Source of the DNA: Candidatus Terraquivivens tengchongensis
GTDB taxonomy: Archaea > Thermoproteota > Nitrososphaeria_A > Caldarchaeales > Wolframiiraptoraceae
NCBI GenBank assembly: GCA_023261845.1
Contig: JALNJZ010000001.1
Location: 96,001-160,000, forward strand
Length of the DNA stretch: 64,000 bases
Direction: 5' to 3'
A program made the position numbers and the translations under genes. Below, one piece after another: positions 38,401-47,395 of the stretch. Positions within the stretch are counted from its first letter, which is position 1. Every line of letters begins with the position of its first letter. A model generated the notes under the pieces. That model saw only the letters and a list, made by a program, of their open reading frames with translations. It made no database searches and was not told the DNA's origin.

Positions 38401-41400
38401 TACCGCTACCCTGTCAACCTTCCATCCCATCTTTGTTAGGTTGAAGTATGCTTCGTAGACGACGCTGCTGTTCAAGTACCAGTAGACCGTTATGTTGAAC
38501 GTCTTGAACAGATCTTTTCCATCTTTCTTCAGAGTGTAGTTCAAGTAGCCTGCTGTAGGAGCTATTACCTTGGCCTTGCCCTCGGCATCAACCTTTCCTG
38601 CCCACTCTGCGTAGACTGAATACCTACCATCAGTAATCGTGTTGGTGTGTGCCTTTATCTCCACGTAGGCGTACTTCAGCGGCCTTACGCCGCCCTGGTC
38701 CTTAAGCTCTAGCGATATGATACCGACAGGTAGCGGAGCCTTCAGAAGCTCCTTGTCGTATATGTACGGTATGTAGTATGTCGTCTCAACAGGCTCTTCT
38801 GAGTTTATATATGTGTAAACCTTCACCATAGAGGTCCTCGTCTCCCAAGCATTCTTTAGTGCTGCATTTGGCGTCAGGTAGAACGTGTAGTTAGCAGCCA
38901 CATAGTCAGGCCATGGCGCTATGTTCATCGGCCATACGCCGCCAGGCCTGTACCAAGTGAACATGTCAACGGTAACGCCCATGTCCGTCTCGAACGTCAG
39001 GTCGGCGCAGTAGTATCCGCTTCCTATGAAGTGGGTTTCGTTCTTCCTTATCCATGGTGTTGAGCTGTTCCACCATATCTTGGAGAGCGGTGGATTGTCC
39101 TCATCAACCTTGGACCTCAGCTGTATCGGAGCCGTTGCATTCGTCTTGACTATGTCCATCATGACGTCCACGTCGTTGTAGATCGCGAACTCCGCACCGT
39201 CAAGCCGCTCCTCGCCGTTTATCGCAACCACGTTGAAGCCCATAGCCCAGAGCGGCAGGTCTATCGATATCCTCTGGCAGAACGTCAGGTCCTTGAAGTT
39301 CAATGCAGCGATTATGTCCGGATAGTAGACGTCTGGGTTGAGTGCCTTAGGCAGTACCCTTAGTACTGTCCTGTTGTGAGCCTCATCATGAGAAGCGGTG
39401 GCCGGATTGTCCCATAGTAACGAGCCTGGTGTTGCAAGCGTAGCATAGTCAAAGTAGTCTTCAACATACTTTGTTCCATCCCACTTCCATCCTCTCGTCG
39501 TCGTCGTTACGTTTATGCAAGGCTTGTTAACCTCCTCGTCTAAAGCCGGCATCTGGTGGAATATGACCTTGGCTTCATCCTTGAAGTATGTAATCTTGTA
39601 CCTGAAGAACTGAGTGACTATCTTCGAAGTGTTGTACGGCTGCTGGTCGAATGCCATCTCGTTAAGCGGAGGCTTTCCTACGTTGCCGTCCATCGTCTGT
39701 ACGAACTTGACCATCTTGCCGGTCGTTATGTTCAGTCCCCACCAGCTCATCGTTATGTTGACGTTCGGTATCTTCTCGACCTTCTGGAAGTCGTAAGTGT
39801 AGAATATGATGTCCGTTACCTTAGCCCTGACGATTATCGGTACGGCACCCGCCTTGGTTATGTTTATGGCGACGCTACCATCTGGCTGAGCGTCACCTGT
39901 CGTTCCGTCTGGATACTTTATTGCATTCTTGTCCAAGAACGTTACCCAGACACCCTTCCAGTATACGCTCTTGATCACTAATGTCGGAGATTCTCCAACT
40001 GGTACTGGCACCTTCGGTAACGGTATTATGCCTTCGTCTGCCGTGTTAGCCTGCACGTCTCCGTACGTTGGGTGTACGTACTTGACTGGTGTGTAGGCAA
40101 GCCCTTCGTCGTGTGCGTCAGTTACCTTAACTAGCAGCTTGTAGACAGACGTTACTAATGAAAGGTTCTCGGTCCTTACAAGCTTGCCTATGAGCGTCAG
40201 GTTCTCGTAGACGAGTACGCCCTGGTAGTATATCTTGATTCCGTACGGTCCAATCTCTCCTGGTAGCTGGTATATGAATAGCGTTCCGTTAGCAGTTATC
40301 CATGTATGGTATGTGACCTGTACCGTACCTATCAGCTTAACGTTCGGGTAGTCAGTAAACTCTACTGGAGGACCGTTCGGTCTTGTCAGCACGACCTTCG
40401 TGTAGAGCGGCTCAAGCGGCGAGCCGAGCTGGTCGACTATCTGTATCATCAGGTCAAATACGTTACATTCCAGCAGTAAGAGACCGTCTTTCCTGTAGGC
40501 TCTCATTATATTTGGAAGTACCGATATTTCATCAATTCCTTTCGCGCCTGCATCCTGAACCTTCAACCTTGCATCGTTCGGTGTCTTTGACGGAACAACC
40601 CAGCTGGCATTCTTTAACGCCACGTAGTACGGGTTGGCGATGTACGTCGAGTTCACTGTTACAGGAGCGCCGCCGTATGCGTTAGCAGGACCTCCTCCCC
40701 ACTTGACCTGTACGACTATGCCCTTGAACTCTCCCCACTTGCCCTTGTCGTCGTCGAGGCTTATCGTGTTAAGCTCCTTGATGTTCACTATCCTCTCGCA
40801 CGGTACCGCCGATGCCTCTGCAAGGTTTCTAGCATCCATCGGGTTGTAGACCGTTGCACCCTCTATCGAGGCGTTCGGGAACCTCAAGTAACCTTTATCC
40901 TTGAATACGCTCAGCGCACCAACCATCGCCGGGCCGCTCACGCTCGCCGTATAACCATCTATGCCCGTTAGGGCTATCAGGCCCTTCATGTCAATGTACA
41001 CGGATGGGCTCGTCTCGCCAGGCCTCTGCCTAGTTAACGATACCGCTATCTGGGCGTCTACGAGTGCATCACCAATTGCTGGATGCTGCACCCTTGGGTC
41101 CAGGTCTATTGCGCCGAACTTTGCGTAGAAGACAGTACAGTTCAGGTTTATCACAGATCTGTCAAAGTCTGAACTCAACGGAGCAGTTGCTGAAGAAGTT
41201 GACCATACATTATTGGGATCAGATACCATAAAGCCCCTATATGCGACGAAGTCTGTCTGGTTTACGAGTACGGTCTCCCACCAGACCCTTGCAGTTGCGT
41301 TCAAGTGTGGAGCTTTGTTTACTTCAGTAAGTCCAGCTTTGAATGGCACCCTAGCATTCAGGTGGTGCGTCTGCAGCGGTATCGGAACCCATGCGCTCAG

Positions 41401-42249
41401 CCCATCGCTACCCAGCGTTACTGCAGCGCCCACGAGCGTTGCCTCACTCGTTGCGGATACGCCGTGGGCCGTGTAGTTCAGGTCGTATACCCTTACCTGG
41501 GCATAGGAGAGGTTGTCCTTCAAGCTGTACCATGTGTGCGTATGGAACTTCATCCATATTACTGCGCACTGCGTCACGAATGCCTTCTCGGGCTTGCTGT
41601 ATTCGGTAGCAAAGTCTCCTACTTTAGCAGCATCAGTCCTCCACAGCACAACGGGGCCATTCTTATCAAACTTGAAGGGACTTCCAGCATCCTGAACTGC
41701 ACCATTCATATTTATGGTAACGTTCTTGCCTACATATGTTGTTATACCTATGCGCTCGTACTCGGACCTTGACGCATTCACCTTGATCATCGCAAGTATG
41801 ATTCCCTCGTACAGCTTGTTAGAGGAAGTCCTTATGTTCTCTCCGTACCAGCTCTTTGCCTTGACGACTATCGTGACGTTCTCCCAAGTCTTAGGCCATG
41901 CAACCTTGACGAAGCCAGTACCGTTGGGCGTGAACACCCTGTAGGGCGTCGGATTCGGGTTGGACACGGTCTGATAGTAGACCATCACCTCGACGTTCGG
42001 CTCGAGTGTCGGCTCACCCTTAGAATCGATCTTTGTTAAGTTGTATCTCTCAAACCATGTAGATGGATAGTCGGGGAATACAGGCGGGTAACCTGTTCCT
42101 TTCCATGCTGGTGTAACTACCTTTAGCCATGCTTCGTATTCTGCCTGAGCTTGGGCTACGTAGATGGCGCTTGGTAGAACTACTGCAGCAACTAGAGCTA
42201 GCAAGAGCGCTAGCGCGGTTATTTTTGCAGCTTTACTTCTATTATCCAT
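35458..42249 (-). CDS. Very large (~2260 aa) membrane-anchored surface glycoprotein, S-layer candidate
   Basis: Signal peptide ending AQAQ, many N-x-S/T sequons, C-terminal carboxypeptidase-regulatory-like repeats, TM helix and PPPPPKK tail; probable start ATG 42249. Confidence 0.8.
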   Translation of the reverse strand: MDNRSKAAKITALALLLALVAAVVLPSAIYVAQAQAEYEAWLKVVTPAWKGTGYPPVFPDYPSTWFERYNLTKIDSKGEPTLEPNVEVMVYYQTVSNPNPTPYRVFTPNGTGFVKVAWPKTWENVTIVVKAKSWYGENIRTSSNKLYEGIILAMIKVNASRSEYERIGITTYVGKNVTINMNGAVQDAGSPFKFDKNGPVVLWRTDAAKVGDFATEYSKPEKAFVTQCAVIWMKFHTHTWYSLKDNLSYAQVRVYDLNYTAHGVSATSEATLVGAAVTLGSDGLSAWVPIPLQTHHLNARVPFKAGLTEVNKAPHLNATARVWWETVLVNQTDFVAYRGFMVSDPNNVWSTSSATAPLSSDFDRSVINLNCTVFYAKFGAIDLDPRVQHPAIGDALVDAQIAVSLTRQRPGETSPSVYIDMKGLIALTGIDGYTASVSGPAMVGALSVFKDKGYLRFPNASIEGATVYNPMDARNLAEASAVPCERIVNIKELNTISLDDDKGKWGEFKGIVVQVKWGGGPANAYGGAPVTVNSTYIANPYYVALKNASWVVPSKTPNDARLKVQDAGAKGIDEISVLPNIMRAYRKDGLLLLECNVFDLMIQIVDQLGSPLEPLYTKVVLTRPNGPPVEFTDYPNVKLIGTVQVTYHTWITANGTLFIYQLPGEIGPYGIKIYYQGVLVYENLTLIGKLVRTENLSLVTSVYKLLVKVTDAHDEGLAYTPVKYVHPTYGDVQANTADEGIIPLPKVPVPVGESPTLVIKSVYWKGVWVTFLDKNAIKYPDGTTGDAQPDGSVAINITKAGAVPIIVRAKVTDIIFYTYDFQKVEKIPNVNITMSWWGLNITTGKMVKFVQTMDGNVGKPPLNEMAFDQQPYNTSKIVTQFFRYKITYFKDEAKVIFHQMPALDEEVNKPCINVTTTTRGWKWDGTKYVEDYFDYATLATPGSLLWDNPATASHDEAHNRTVLRVLPKALNPDVYYPDIIAALNFKDLTFCQRISIDLPLWAMGFNVVAINGEERLDGAEFAIYNDVDVMMDIVKTNATAPIQLRSKVDEDNPPLSKIWWNSSTPWIRKNETHFIGSGYYCADLTFETDMGVTVDMFTWYRPGGVWPMNIAPWPDYVAANYTFYLTPNAALKNAWETRTSMVKVYTYINSEEPVETTYYIPYIYDKELLKAPLPVGIISLELKDQGGVRPLKYAYVEIKAHTNTITDGRYSVYAEWAGKVDAEGKAKVIAPTAGYLNYTLKKDGKDLFKTFNITVYWYLNSSVVYEAYFNLTKMGWKVDRVAVSDVVLYHTICTDFERVVKGLYADLAWINVTKPDAYVHPGILVANDTAKTWTLVPVDEAMGKKPWADGKLELNLVPTAMKFKVFDYFLNKYVEWNVSHLWRVAAWYTGLEKGPVKVDDKSYKQLMFGNGTDGSPVNSAVWVIIGAAPFDHTTYRWTRESGDVISGYATGGFGKVGRYTPINKDEIRLIDYLEPAKTREVIEATRTVKHVALKLNATDIAVRVVWQQGENATATYTTGPLVGWNVKLTFVPPSDYLTDAEREALWAKWKVTFEGKTDETGTAWIKSGTTPETVIWNGSRIKAGMTKEASWLVVSPPAYMLNEKDPYWLNNVVKPGAEAHGLSVFEGTQDPAAMVGIDLTPEGYFAWLPEPSLWVKDKGVMSRIYDLYGLPVDMEVTNEWGAGLWLPSKFGKWERIGGAWYASISVWPNDPKTSQHVPFSPVFQYMPVTAKITDFNGRPLPGAFLWMVDSVTGKTAGWSYAGKDGVTETVYLRKPEWTLLLRVHYLGRDAEGHPAWPFNAFGKWPVSYSSDIDETQPGPGIFGELAKRVKVTTLAHEYHGVWRIRPGAHWDIMAKIFDIRVRHYYGEAKPIEVDATFYREFPDKAGGTVEFKAKEVIEVKRLNRGTYDEIAKWLGVIVGRKSFDLSAANVGTVAGELQVAVGDISVAVKDITGRVLSDAIAKFEGVEQKLTIPKAILDKYKLASEEDAKTLKAVGAIFVTKLPIPTNIRYSLDLSWTSPDFGTEAKVSIVDTVDGINAKREITLPVGVVTVNVVDAQGRPVSGAEVSLGAVKAKTDAAGKAVFESVPLESEGKGIAYQIVVTREGEEVYKATEKFSTAKTSITVIGQLFDLSVLVKGAAGQGLPFATVTLKRAGVVVGHFTTDEGGAVTIPKLVAADYEVEATYKGYTGTVTVSKADLMAGKAAEITLPPYIEIAGMPLTFATFLALIIGIILLVIVIVVIAFEYVRWRGRRVGIFPPPPPKK

Positions 42250-42714
42250 TTTCTCATCACACTCGCAAACTTGCGCCCGAATGCTTGAATCCGCTTTATT
42301 TAACCCGCTCGTTTCTAGAGACATTCTACTGATTAGAATCCACAAAATTCCAAGAAATCAGAACGTAGAAGCCGAAAATTTTGAGGAAAACCTCAAGGCG
42401 CCCTCAAGAATTTCACGGTATTACATGTGGAATCTCACATAGAACAGCAGGACGGCCAAACTGTGGCGGGGATGCTTTCGAGCTACTGTAAATCGGTTAC
42501 CTCTTACATGCGATGAGCTATCCTTTTTGGTCAAAGGCTCACATAACCGTTCGGAGCTTGAAGTAACGTAAGAGCTCTGTTCATGGGTACAGAATCAGGC
42601 ATGCGTCGTGCTCACAATAACGGCAGAGTGGGCTTGACTATGACGGAGTAATGCTAGCTTATCGAGCGTTGGACACCATCCTAATTAGGTAGCACAGAAA
42701 ACAGTATAATACGG

Positions 42715-43440
42715 ATGCTAAAAATAGAGAGGCTTTACGTTACTGTCGGAGAAAGGCTCGTCCTTAGCGACGTGAACCTTGAGATAGCTGAGGGTGAGGT
42801 TCATGTGCTCTTCGGCCCTAACGGCTCCGGAAAGTCCTCGCTGGTCATGGCCATACTTGGCCATCCCTCCTACAAGGTCATAAGCGGAAGGATAATTTTC
42901 AAGGGCATCGACATAACGGAAATGCCGACTGAGGAGCGCATAAGGCTGGGCATGGCGGCAACTTTACAGCACCCTCCTAAGCTCCATGGCATAAGGCTGA
43001 AGGAACTACTCAACAGAATATCCGACGGAAGGCTTAGGGACGACGGTCTCTTGAGGCTTATAGATAAGCTTAGGATAAACGAGGACCTACTTAACAGGCA
43101 CGTGAACGTTGGGTTCTCTGGAGGGGAGATAAAGAAGTGCGAGTTAGCGCAGGCTTTCGCATTAAACCCCGACCTCTTATTATTCGACGAGCCTGATTCT
43201 GGTGTGGATATCGAAAACCTAGAGTTGATAGGCAGGGCGATGTCCGAGCTATTGGTCGGAAAGTCTGCCTTGATAATCACGCACCATGGCCATATACTCA
43301 GGTACATAAAGCCGGTGAGGGCACATATAATGTTCAAGGGACAGATAGCTTGCGACGGAAATCCTGAGGAGATGCTGAACCAGATATCTAAGAACGGTTA
43401 CGGATGGTGTGAGAAGTGCATCTCGATGAAGAAGAGCTGA
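42715..43440 (+). CDS. sufC: Fe-S cluster assembly ABC ATPase SufC (SmsC type)
   Basis: GPNGSGKS, FSGGE, DEPDSG, ITH, C-terminal CEKC. Confidence 0.93.
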   Translation: MLKIERLYVTVGERLVLSDVNLEIAEGEVHVLFGPNGSGKSSLVMAILGHPSYKVISGRIIFKGIDITEMPTEERIRLGMAATLQHPPKLHGIRLKELLNRISDGRLRDDGLLRLIDKLRINEDLLNRHVNVGFSGGEIKKCELAQAFALNPDLLLFDEPDSGVDIENLELIGRAMSELLVGKSALIITHHGHILRYIKPVRAHIMFKGQIACDGNPEEMLNQISKNGYGWCEKCISMKKS

Positions 43441-44621
43441 GCAGAGCTTTAGATAAGCCTGCGGACTACGGCCTCGACCTAGACCTCTCGAGCTATATCA
43501 CGGAACCAAAAGAAGAGGTAAAGCTCGAGGAATCTATCGTGAGGAGGGCATACGAGGTCGGCGTAGATTTATCCAGGAAGGACTCTGTCGGCAGCTTCTT
43601 TCAGGTAGACCACAGCGTCCTTTTGAAGGCGATACAGAAGAAGTTCGAGAAAGACGTGGAGCTGATGACGATAGAAGAGGCCATTGAGAAGTACGATTGG
43701 GTCGAGGGGCTCATGTGGAACCTCATATCACCCTATAAGGACAAGTATACAGCCTTTGCGGCAAAGAATAGAAGGGGCGGATACTTCATAAGAATCTTGG
43801 AGGGAAGGTGCGTATACATACCCGTGCAAGCATGCCTCCTTCTATACTCGCCGAGCATTACACAGTGCATCCACAACTTAATAATCGCAGAGGAAAATTC
43901 TGAGGCTCACATAATAACCGGATGCACCCACCACATAAAGTCCGTGAAGGGCCTGCACCTAGGCATGACGGAGATCTACGTAAGGCGAAACGCAAAGCTC
44001 AGCTTTACCATGGTACATAAGTGGGGCCCTGGCATGGACGTAAGGCCAAGGACCGGAATGCTCGTTGAAGAGGGCGGAACGATGCTCTACAACTACGTCC
44101 TGCTGGGTGAGGTCAAGAGCATACAATCTTACCCGATGACTATGCTTGCCGGCAGCAACTCAAGAATCTCGACGAATAACGTCATTTACTTATCAGGAGA
44201 ATCGAACGTGGACCTCGGAGGTGGTGTGACGATAAAGGGTCCCGGTTCGAAAGCGGAGCTCTTGACAAATTCTGTCGTTACCGATAGGGCAAAGCTGGTA
44301 AGCAGGGGATCCATAGTATCCGAGGCTCCGGGTACAAAAGGTCACATAAGCTGCAGGGGTCTGATGCTAAGCGATAAAGCGGAGATATCTGCGGTACCAT
44401 CGCTCACGTCCAAGAATGCTGACTCTGAGCTTACGCATGAGGCCGCGATAGGAAAGATCGCAGAGGAACAACTGTTCTATCTCAGGTCCAGGGGCTTCAG
44501 GTTGGACGAGGCCGAGTCGCTTTTGGTTCGCGGATTCTTGGACATATCTTCTATGGGGTTGCCAAAACACATAGAGAAGATGATCGACAGCATAATAGAG
44601 CAGACGATGAAGGGATTTTAA
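43416..44621 (+). CDS. sufB: Fe-S cluster assembly scaffold SufB/D (SmsB type)
   Basis: QAC...HN..IAEE...GC, GHISCRGL, THEAAIGKI...YLRSRG. Confidence 0.92.
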   Translation: MHLDEEELSRALDKPADYGLDLDLSSYITEPKEEVKLEESIVRRAYEVGVDLSRKDSVGSFFQVDHSVLLKAIQKKFEKDVELMTIEEAIEKYDWVEGLMWNLISPYKDKYTAFAAKNRRGGYFIRILEGRCVYIPVQACLLLYSPSITQCIHNLIIAEENSEAHIITGCTHHIKSVKGLHLGMTEIYVRRNAKLSFTMVHKWGPGMDVRPRTGMLVEEGGTMLYNYVLLGEVKSIQSYPMTMLAGSNSRISTNNVIYLSGESNVDLGGGVTIKGPGSKAELLTNSVVTDRAKLVSRGSIVSEAPGTKGHISCRGLMLSDKAEISAVPSLTSKNADSELTHEAAIGKIAEEQLFYLRSRGFRLDEAESLLVRGFLDISSMGLPKHIEKMIDSIIEQTMKGF

Positions 44622-44724
44622 AGACGCAGCTCGGTAGATCCAACCTCGAGTCTCCTAAGAAGTCATAAGCCTTCTTAATGAAGTAGATCATGATAGGTGC
44701 AACATCGCACATTCCATTTAAAGG

Positions 44725-44818
44725 TGGGCCGGCCCGGACTCGAACCGGGGATTTCCACCGCTTCCTGTAGCCGTAGTCTAAGTCAGGGTGGCGTCATACC
44801 AGGCTAGACCACCGGCCC
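44725..44818 (-). tRNA. tRNA-Val(GAC) with a 20-nt intron at non-canonical position 36/37 (44762-44781)
   Basis: Cloverleaf restored on intron removal (CCACC-CTGACGC-GGTGG); relaxed BHB with CCTG/CAGG helix. Confidence 0.9.
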
Positions 44819-44927
44819 CCAAGATTACTAAAACTTCGGGCTGTTGATATATATCTATATCTTTTTCCTTAAACAGACAACCCTCGGGTGGTCGACGGCT
44901 CTTGTGTTCTACGAGCAGTGTGCGTGA

Positions 44928-45116
44928 TTACATGCGACTCTCGTTCGTTTGTTGCAACCCGTACGCCTGAGCTTCTTGCTCGTTAAACTTCTCCAACAAC
45001 CTTCTTATGGCATCTTTAACGAACTCCGCTCTGCTACTGTAGCCTGCCTTGTACAATATTCTGTCTATTTGAAGACCTATCTCCTCTGGAATCTTCACAG
45101 TCACGTAGCGGGTCAT
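44928..45116 (-). CDS. Ribbon-helix-helix (CopG-like) protein
   Basis: YVTVKIPEE...GYSSRAEFVKDAIRRLLE. Confidence 0.88.
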   Translation of the reverse strand: MTRYVTVKIPEEIGLQIDRILYKAGYSSRAEFVKDAIRRLLEKFNEQEAQAYGLQQTNESRM

Positions 45117-45374
45117 ACGACTTCACATATACCAATAGAAGCTGATTGATAAATATAACCTAGGTTTTTGTAAGTTTTTTATAAGAAATAAAAGGAACCA
45201 GCGCAACGGTGTCGTTATTCGCGTGGTTTTTTGAACGTTTAATGTAATACTTTATATTTATATTATGGTGCAAAAATCTTAAAATGTGCATACTACAATG
45301 ATCGTGCGGGTATTCACGTGCTTTTTGTACAACCGCCTTTCGGGAGGTTTTATGACGTGGACGATTTCCTGTTG

Positions 45375-46154
45375 ATGTTGGATAGAGTTTTAATAGACGA
45401 AGGTAAGGCATTGTCCAACAAGTCAAGGTACGACATACTGACAGCGTTATCGAAAGGAAAGAAGACGATACTACAGATCGCGAAGGAAACTGGCCTAAGT
45501 CAGATGACTGTTAGGTTTCATCTTAAGACGCTCATCGAGGCTGGCTTAGTGAGAAAAAGTAATGCATGTAGGACTGGAGGGGCTGGAAGGCCAGGTGCTT
45601 TTTATGAACTCTCTAAGTCTTTGATGATGGTATCATTCCCGCCTAGGCAGTACATGCTTTTGTCGTACATCCTCTTGGCTGCTCTCAAAGAATCTTTAGG
45701 GGAGTTACAGGCAAAGGCCGTTCTGTACGGGTTTGGTAAGAGGTTAGGCCAGAGCTTTAGGATGAGGGTAGAAAGAACCTTCATGGAGGATAATGAGCAG
45801 ACTACAGAAAAGTTTGTCCAACATCTAGTCGATACATGCTTTAAAAAAATTGGGATAATTGCTGAGGCTGTTAAGAACAGCGACAGGGAGATGCTCATAA
45901 AGTTCTACAACTGCCCGTTCGAGGAGGTGGCGCGAAACTATGCCGGTCTGATCTGTGAGGGGTTTGAAAACGGCTTTTATGACGGTCTGTACATGAACTG
46001 TAAGAATTTTACATGGAAAAAGACAAAGAGCATGATAAGAGGAGACGAGTATTGCGAACACATGCTGTTGTTAACTTCTGGGGATAATAAAAAGACGTTA
46101 CACGAAAACAATATAAATAATCAAAAGGGTGTCAAATTCTTGATGCCCCGGTAG
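45375..46154 (+). CDS. ArsR-type HTH regulator with C-terminal V4R-like Cys domain (SufR/COG2345-like)
   Basis: HTH, GRPGAFYEL, FPPRQY, NCPF...LIC...GDEYC; 3' end overlaps tRNA-Phe by 10 nt. Confidence 0.8.
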   Translation: MLDRVLIDEGKALSNKSRYDILTALSKGKKTILQIAKETGLSQMTVRFHLKTLIEAGLVRKSNACRTGGAGRPGAFYELSKSLMMVSFPPRQYMLLSYILLAALKESLGELQAKAVLYGFGKRLGQSFRMRVERTFMEDNEQTTEKFVQHLVDTCFKKIGIIAEAVKNSDREMLIKFYNCPFEEVARNYAGLICEGFENGFYDGLYMNCKNFTWKKTKSMIRGDEYCEHMLLLTSGDNKKTLHENNINNQKGVKFLMPR

Positions 46155-46240
46155 CGCAGATCGGGAGCGCGCCCGGCTGAAGACCGGGGTGTCGTGGGTT
46201 CAAGATCTCCTTAAGGGAGATGGAAATCCCACCCGGGGCA
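46145..46240 (+). tRNA. tRNA-Phe(GAA) with a 22-nt intron in the T-loop at 59/60 (46205-46226)
   Basis: GCCCCGG/CCGGGGC acceptor stem, CCCGG-CTGAAGA-CCGGG; strict BHB with TTCA/TGGA helix and AGA and AAT bulges. Confidence 0.92.
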
Positions 46241-46251
46241 TCAAATAAGTT

Positions 46252-46767
46252 TTATAATTTAGAGAAATACTTCCTCCACAATAAGGGCGTAAGATAGCCG
46301 GCCAGAGCTCCACTAACTGTGCCGCCTGCAAGTACAGCGGCATAAAGCCAAGGCGACCATGGCATGAAGCCCAGCATGACAGTTGCATACATGCTCAGGA
46401 CGCCTATGGTGCATGTGGCCAATATTAACGATATTACTAGCCTGCCGAGCTTTATGTCTCCGCTTGGCGTTTTTACTTTAAACATGTAAAAAAGACCATC
46501 TATCATCAGACCATACGCTACTGCAAATGCTAAAGAGAACGGGAAGAGGGCCGGTCTCCATATCTGCGTCAACAGCCCACCTATCGTGGCAACATACGTT
46601 GCACCCAGTCTGCCAAGCATTAGGGACGATAGTGAGAGGAGCAACGCTTGGACTATTACGAGAATCTTATCGAGCGGCGAAGGTAGTGCGACTTTAGACA
46701 CGAAAACGATAACGCTGAAAAGGGCGGCCACAGCAATCCTTTTACTTGAAGCTTTGGCATCAGTCAT
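46252..46767 (-). CDS. Membrane protein, ECF transporter S-component-like
   Basis: About 5 TM segments; IAVAALFS N-terminal motif. Confidence 0.55.
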   Translation of the reverse strand: MTDAKASSKRIAVAALFSVIVFVSKVALPSPLDKILVIVQALLLSLSSLMLGRLGATYVATIGGLLTQIWRPALFPFSLAFAVAYGLMIDGLFYMFKVKTPSGDIKLGRLVISLILATCTIGVLSMYATVMLGFMPWSPWLYAAVLAGGTVSGALAGYLTPLLWRKYFSKL

Positions 46768-46777
46768 CTTCTGCCCC

Positions 46778-47197
46778 TCACTCTACGCTTATCCTCTCAC
46801 CCTTCCGCTTCTCCAACTTCTTGAATCTTATCTCCAATAAACCGTTCTTGTAAATTGCTCTTCCACTTTTAGGGTCTACCTTCGCTGGAAGTATAAGCTC
46901 CTTATAGTATTTTCTATTATGGTTCGATGCAGATATCGTCAAAGAATCTTCTCTTGCCTCAATCTCTATCTTTTCCTTTTCAGCACCCGGCACTTCCGCC
47001 AAGACCACGATCTCCTCATCTTGCTCCAACACGTTCAACAACGGTTCCCTTATCCCAGACCGCTCGGCTGGTATCCTAAAGCGCTCTACACCTTCTGGTG
47101 AGATTCTTATGTGGAACATCTCGTCCCCAAAGAAGCCGGATATTATGACCTCGAAGTCAAAAGGTCTGAAGGGTCCCTTTGTCTTGTGACCAAACAT
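46778..47197 (-). CDS. hsp20: Small heat-shock protein Hsp20
   Basis: REPL...AEVPG.EKE.I...YKNGLLEI...GERISVE. Confidence 0.93.
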   Translation of the reverse strand: MFGHKTKGPFRPFDFEVIISGFFGDEMFHIRISPEGVERFRIPAERSGIREPLLNVLEQDEEIVVLAEVPGAEKEKIEIEAREDSLTISASNHNRKYYKELILPAKVDPKSGRAIYKNGLLEIRFKKLEKRKGERISVE

Positions 47198-47395
47198 ATC
47201 CTGAATATAGCAACTGCTCAGAGAGTTATAAATAAGAGGGGGAACTTGTTAACTTTAGGCTTTAGGTTTACTATTTACTACTAAAATAAACTTTAATTAC
47301 TATACTTGGCTTTAGCTTAGCGTCCTTCCATGGGGTTGAAAATTAAATTCAAAGAAAGCATACCAAACCTAGTTTACATGTATTATCATTAAAAA

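Noticed and set aside
42250-42345. N-terminal extension of the giant ORF
   Set aside because: The signal peptide begins at ATG 42249, and the extension contains a TATA-like box.
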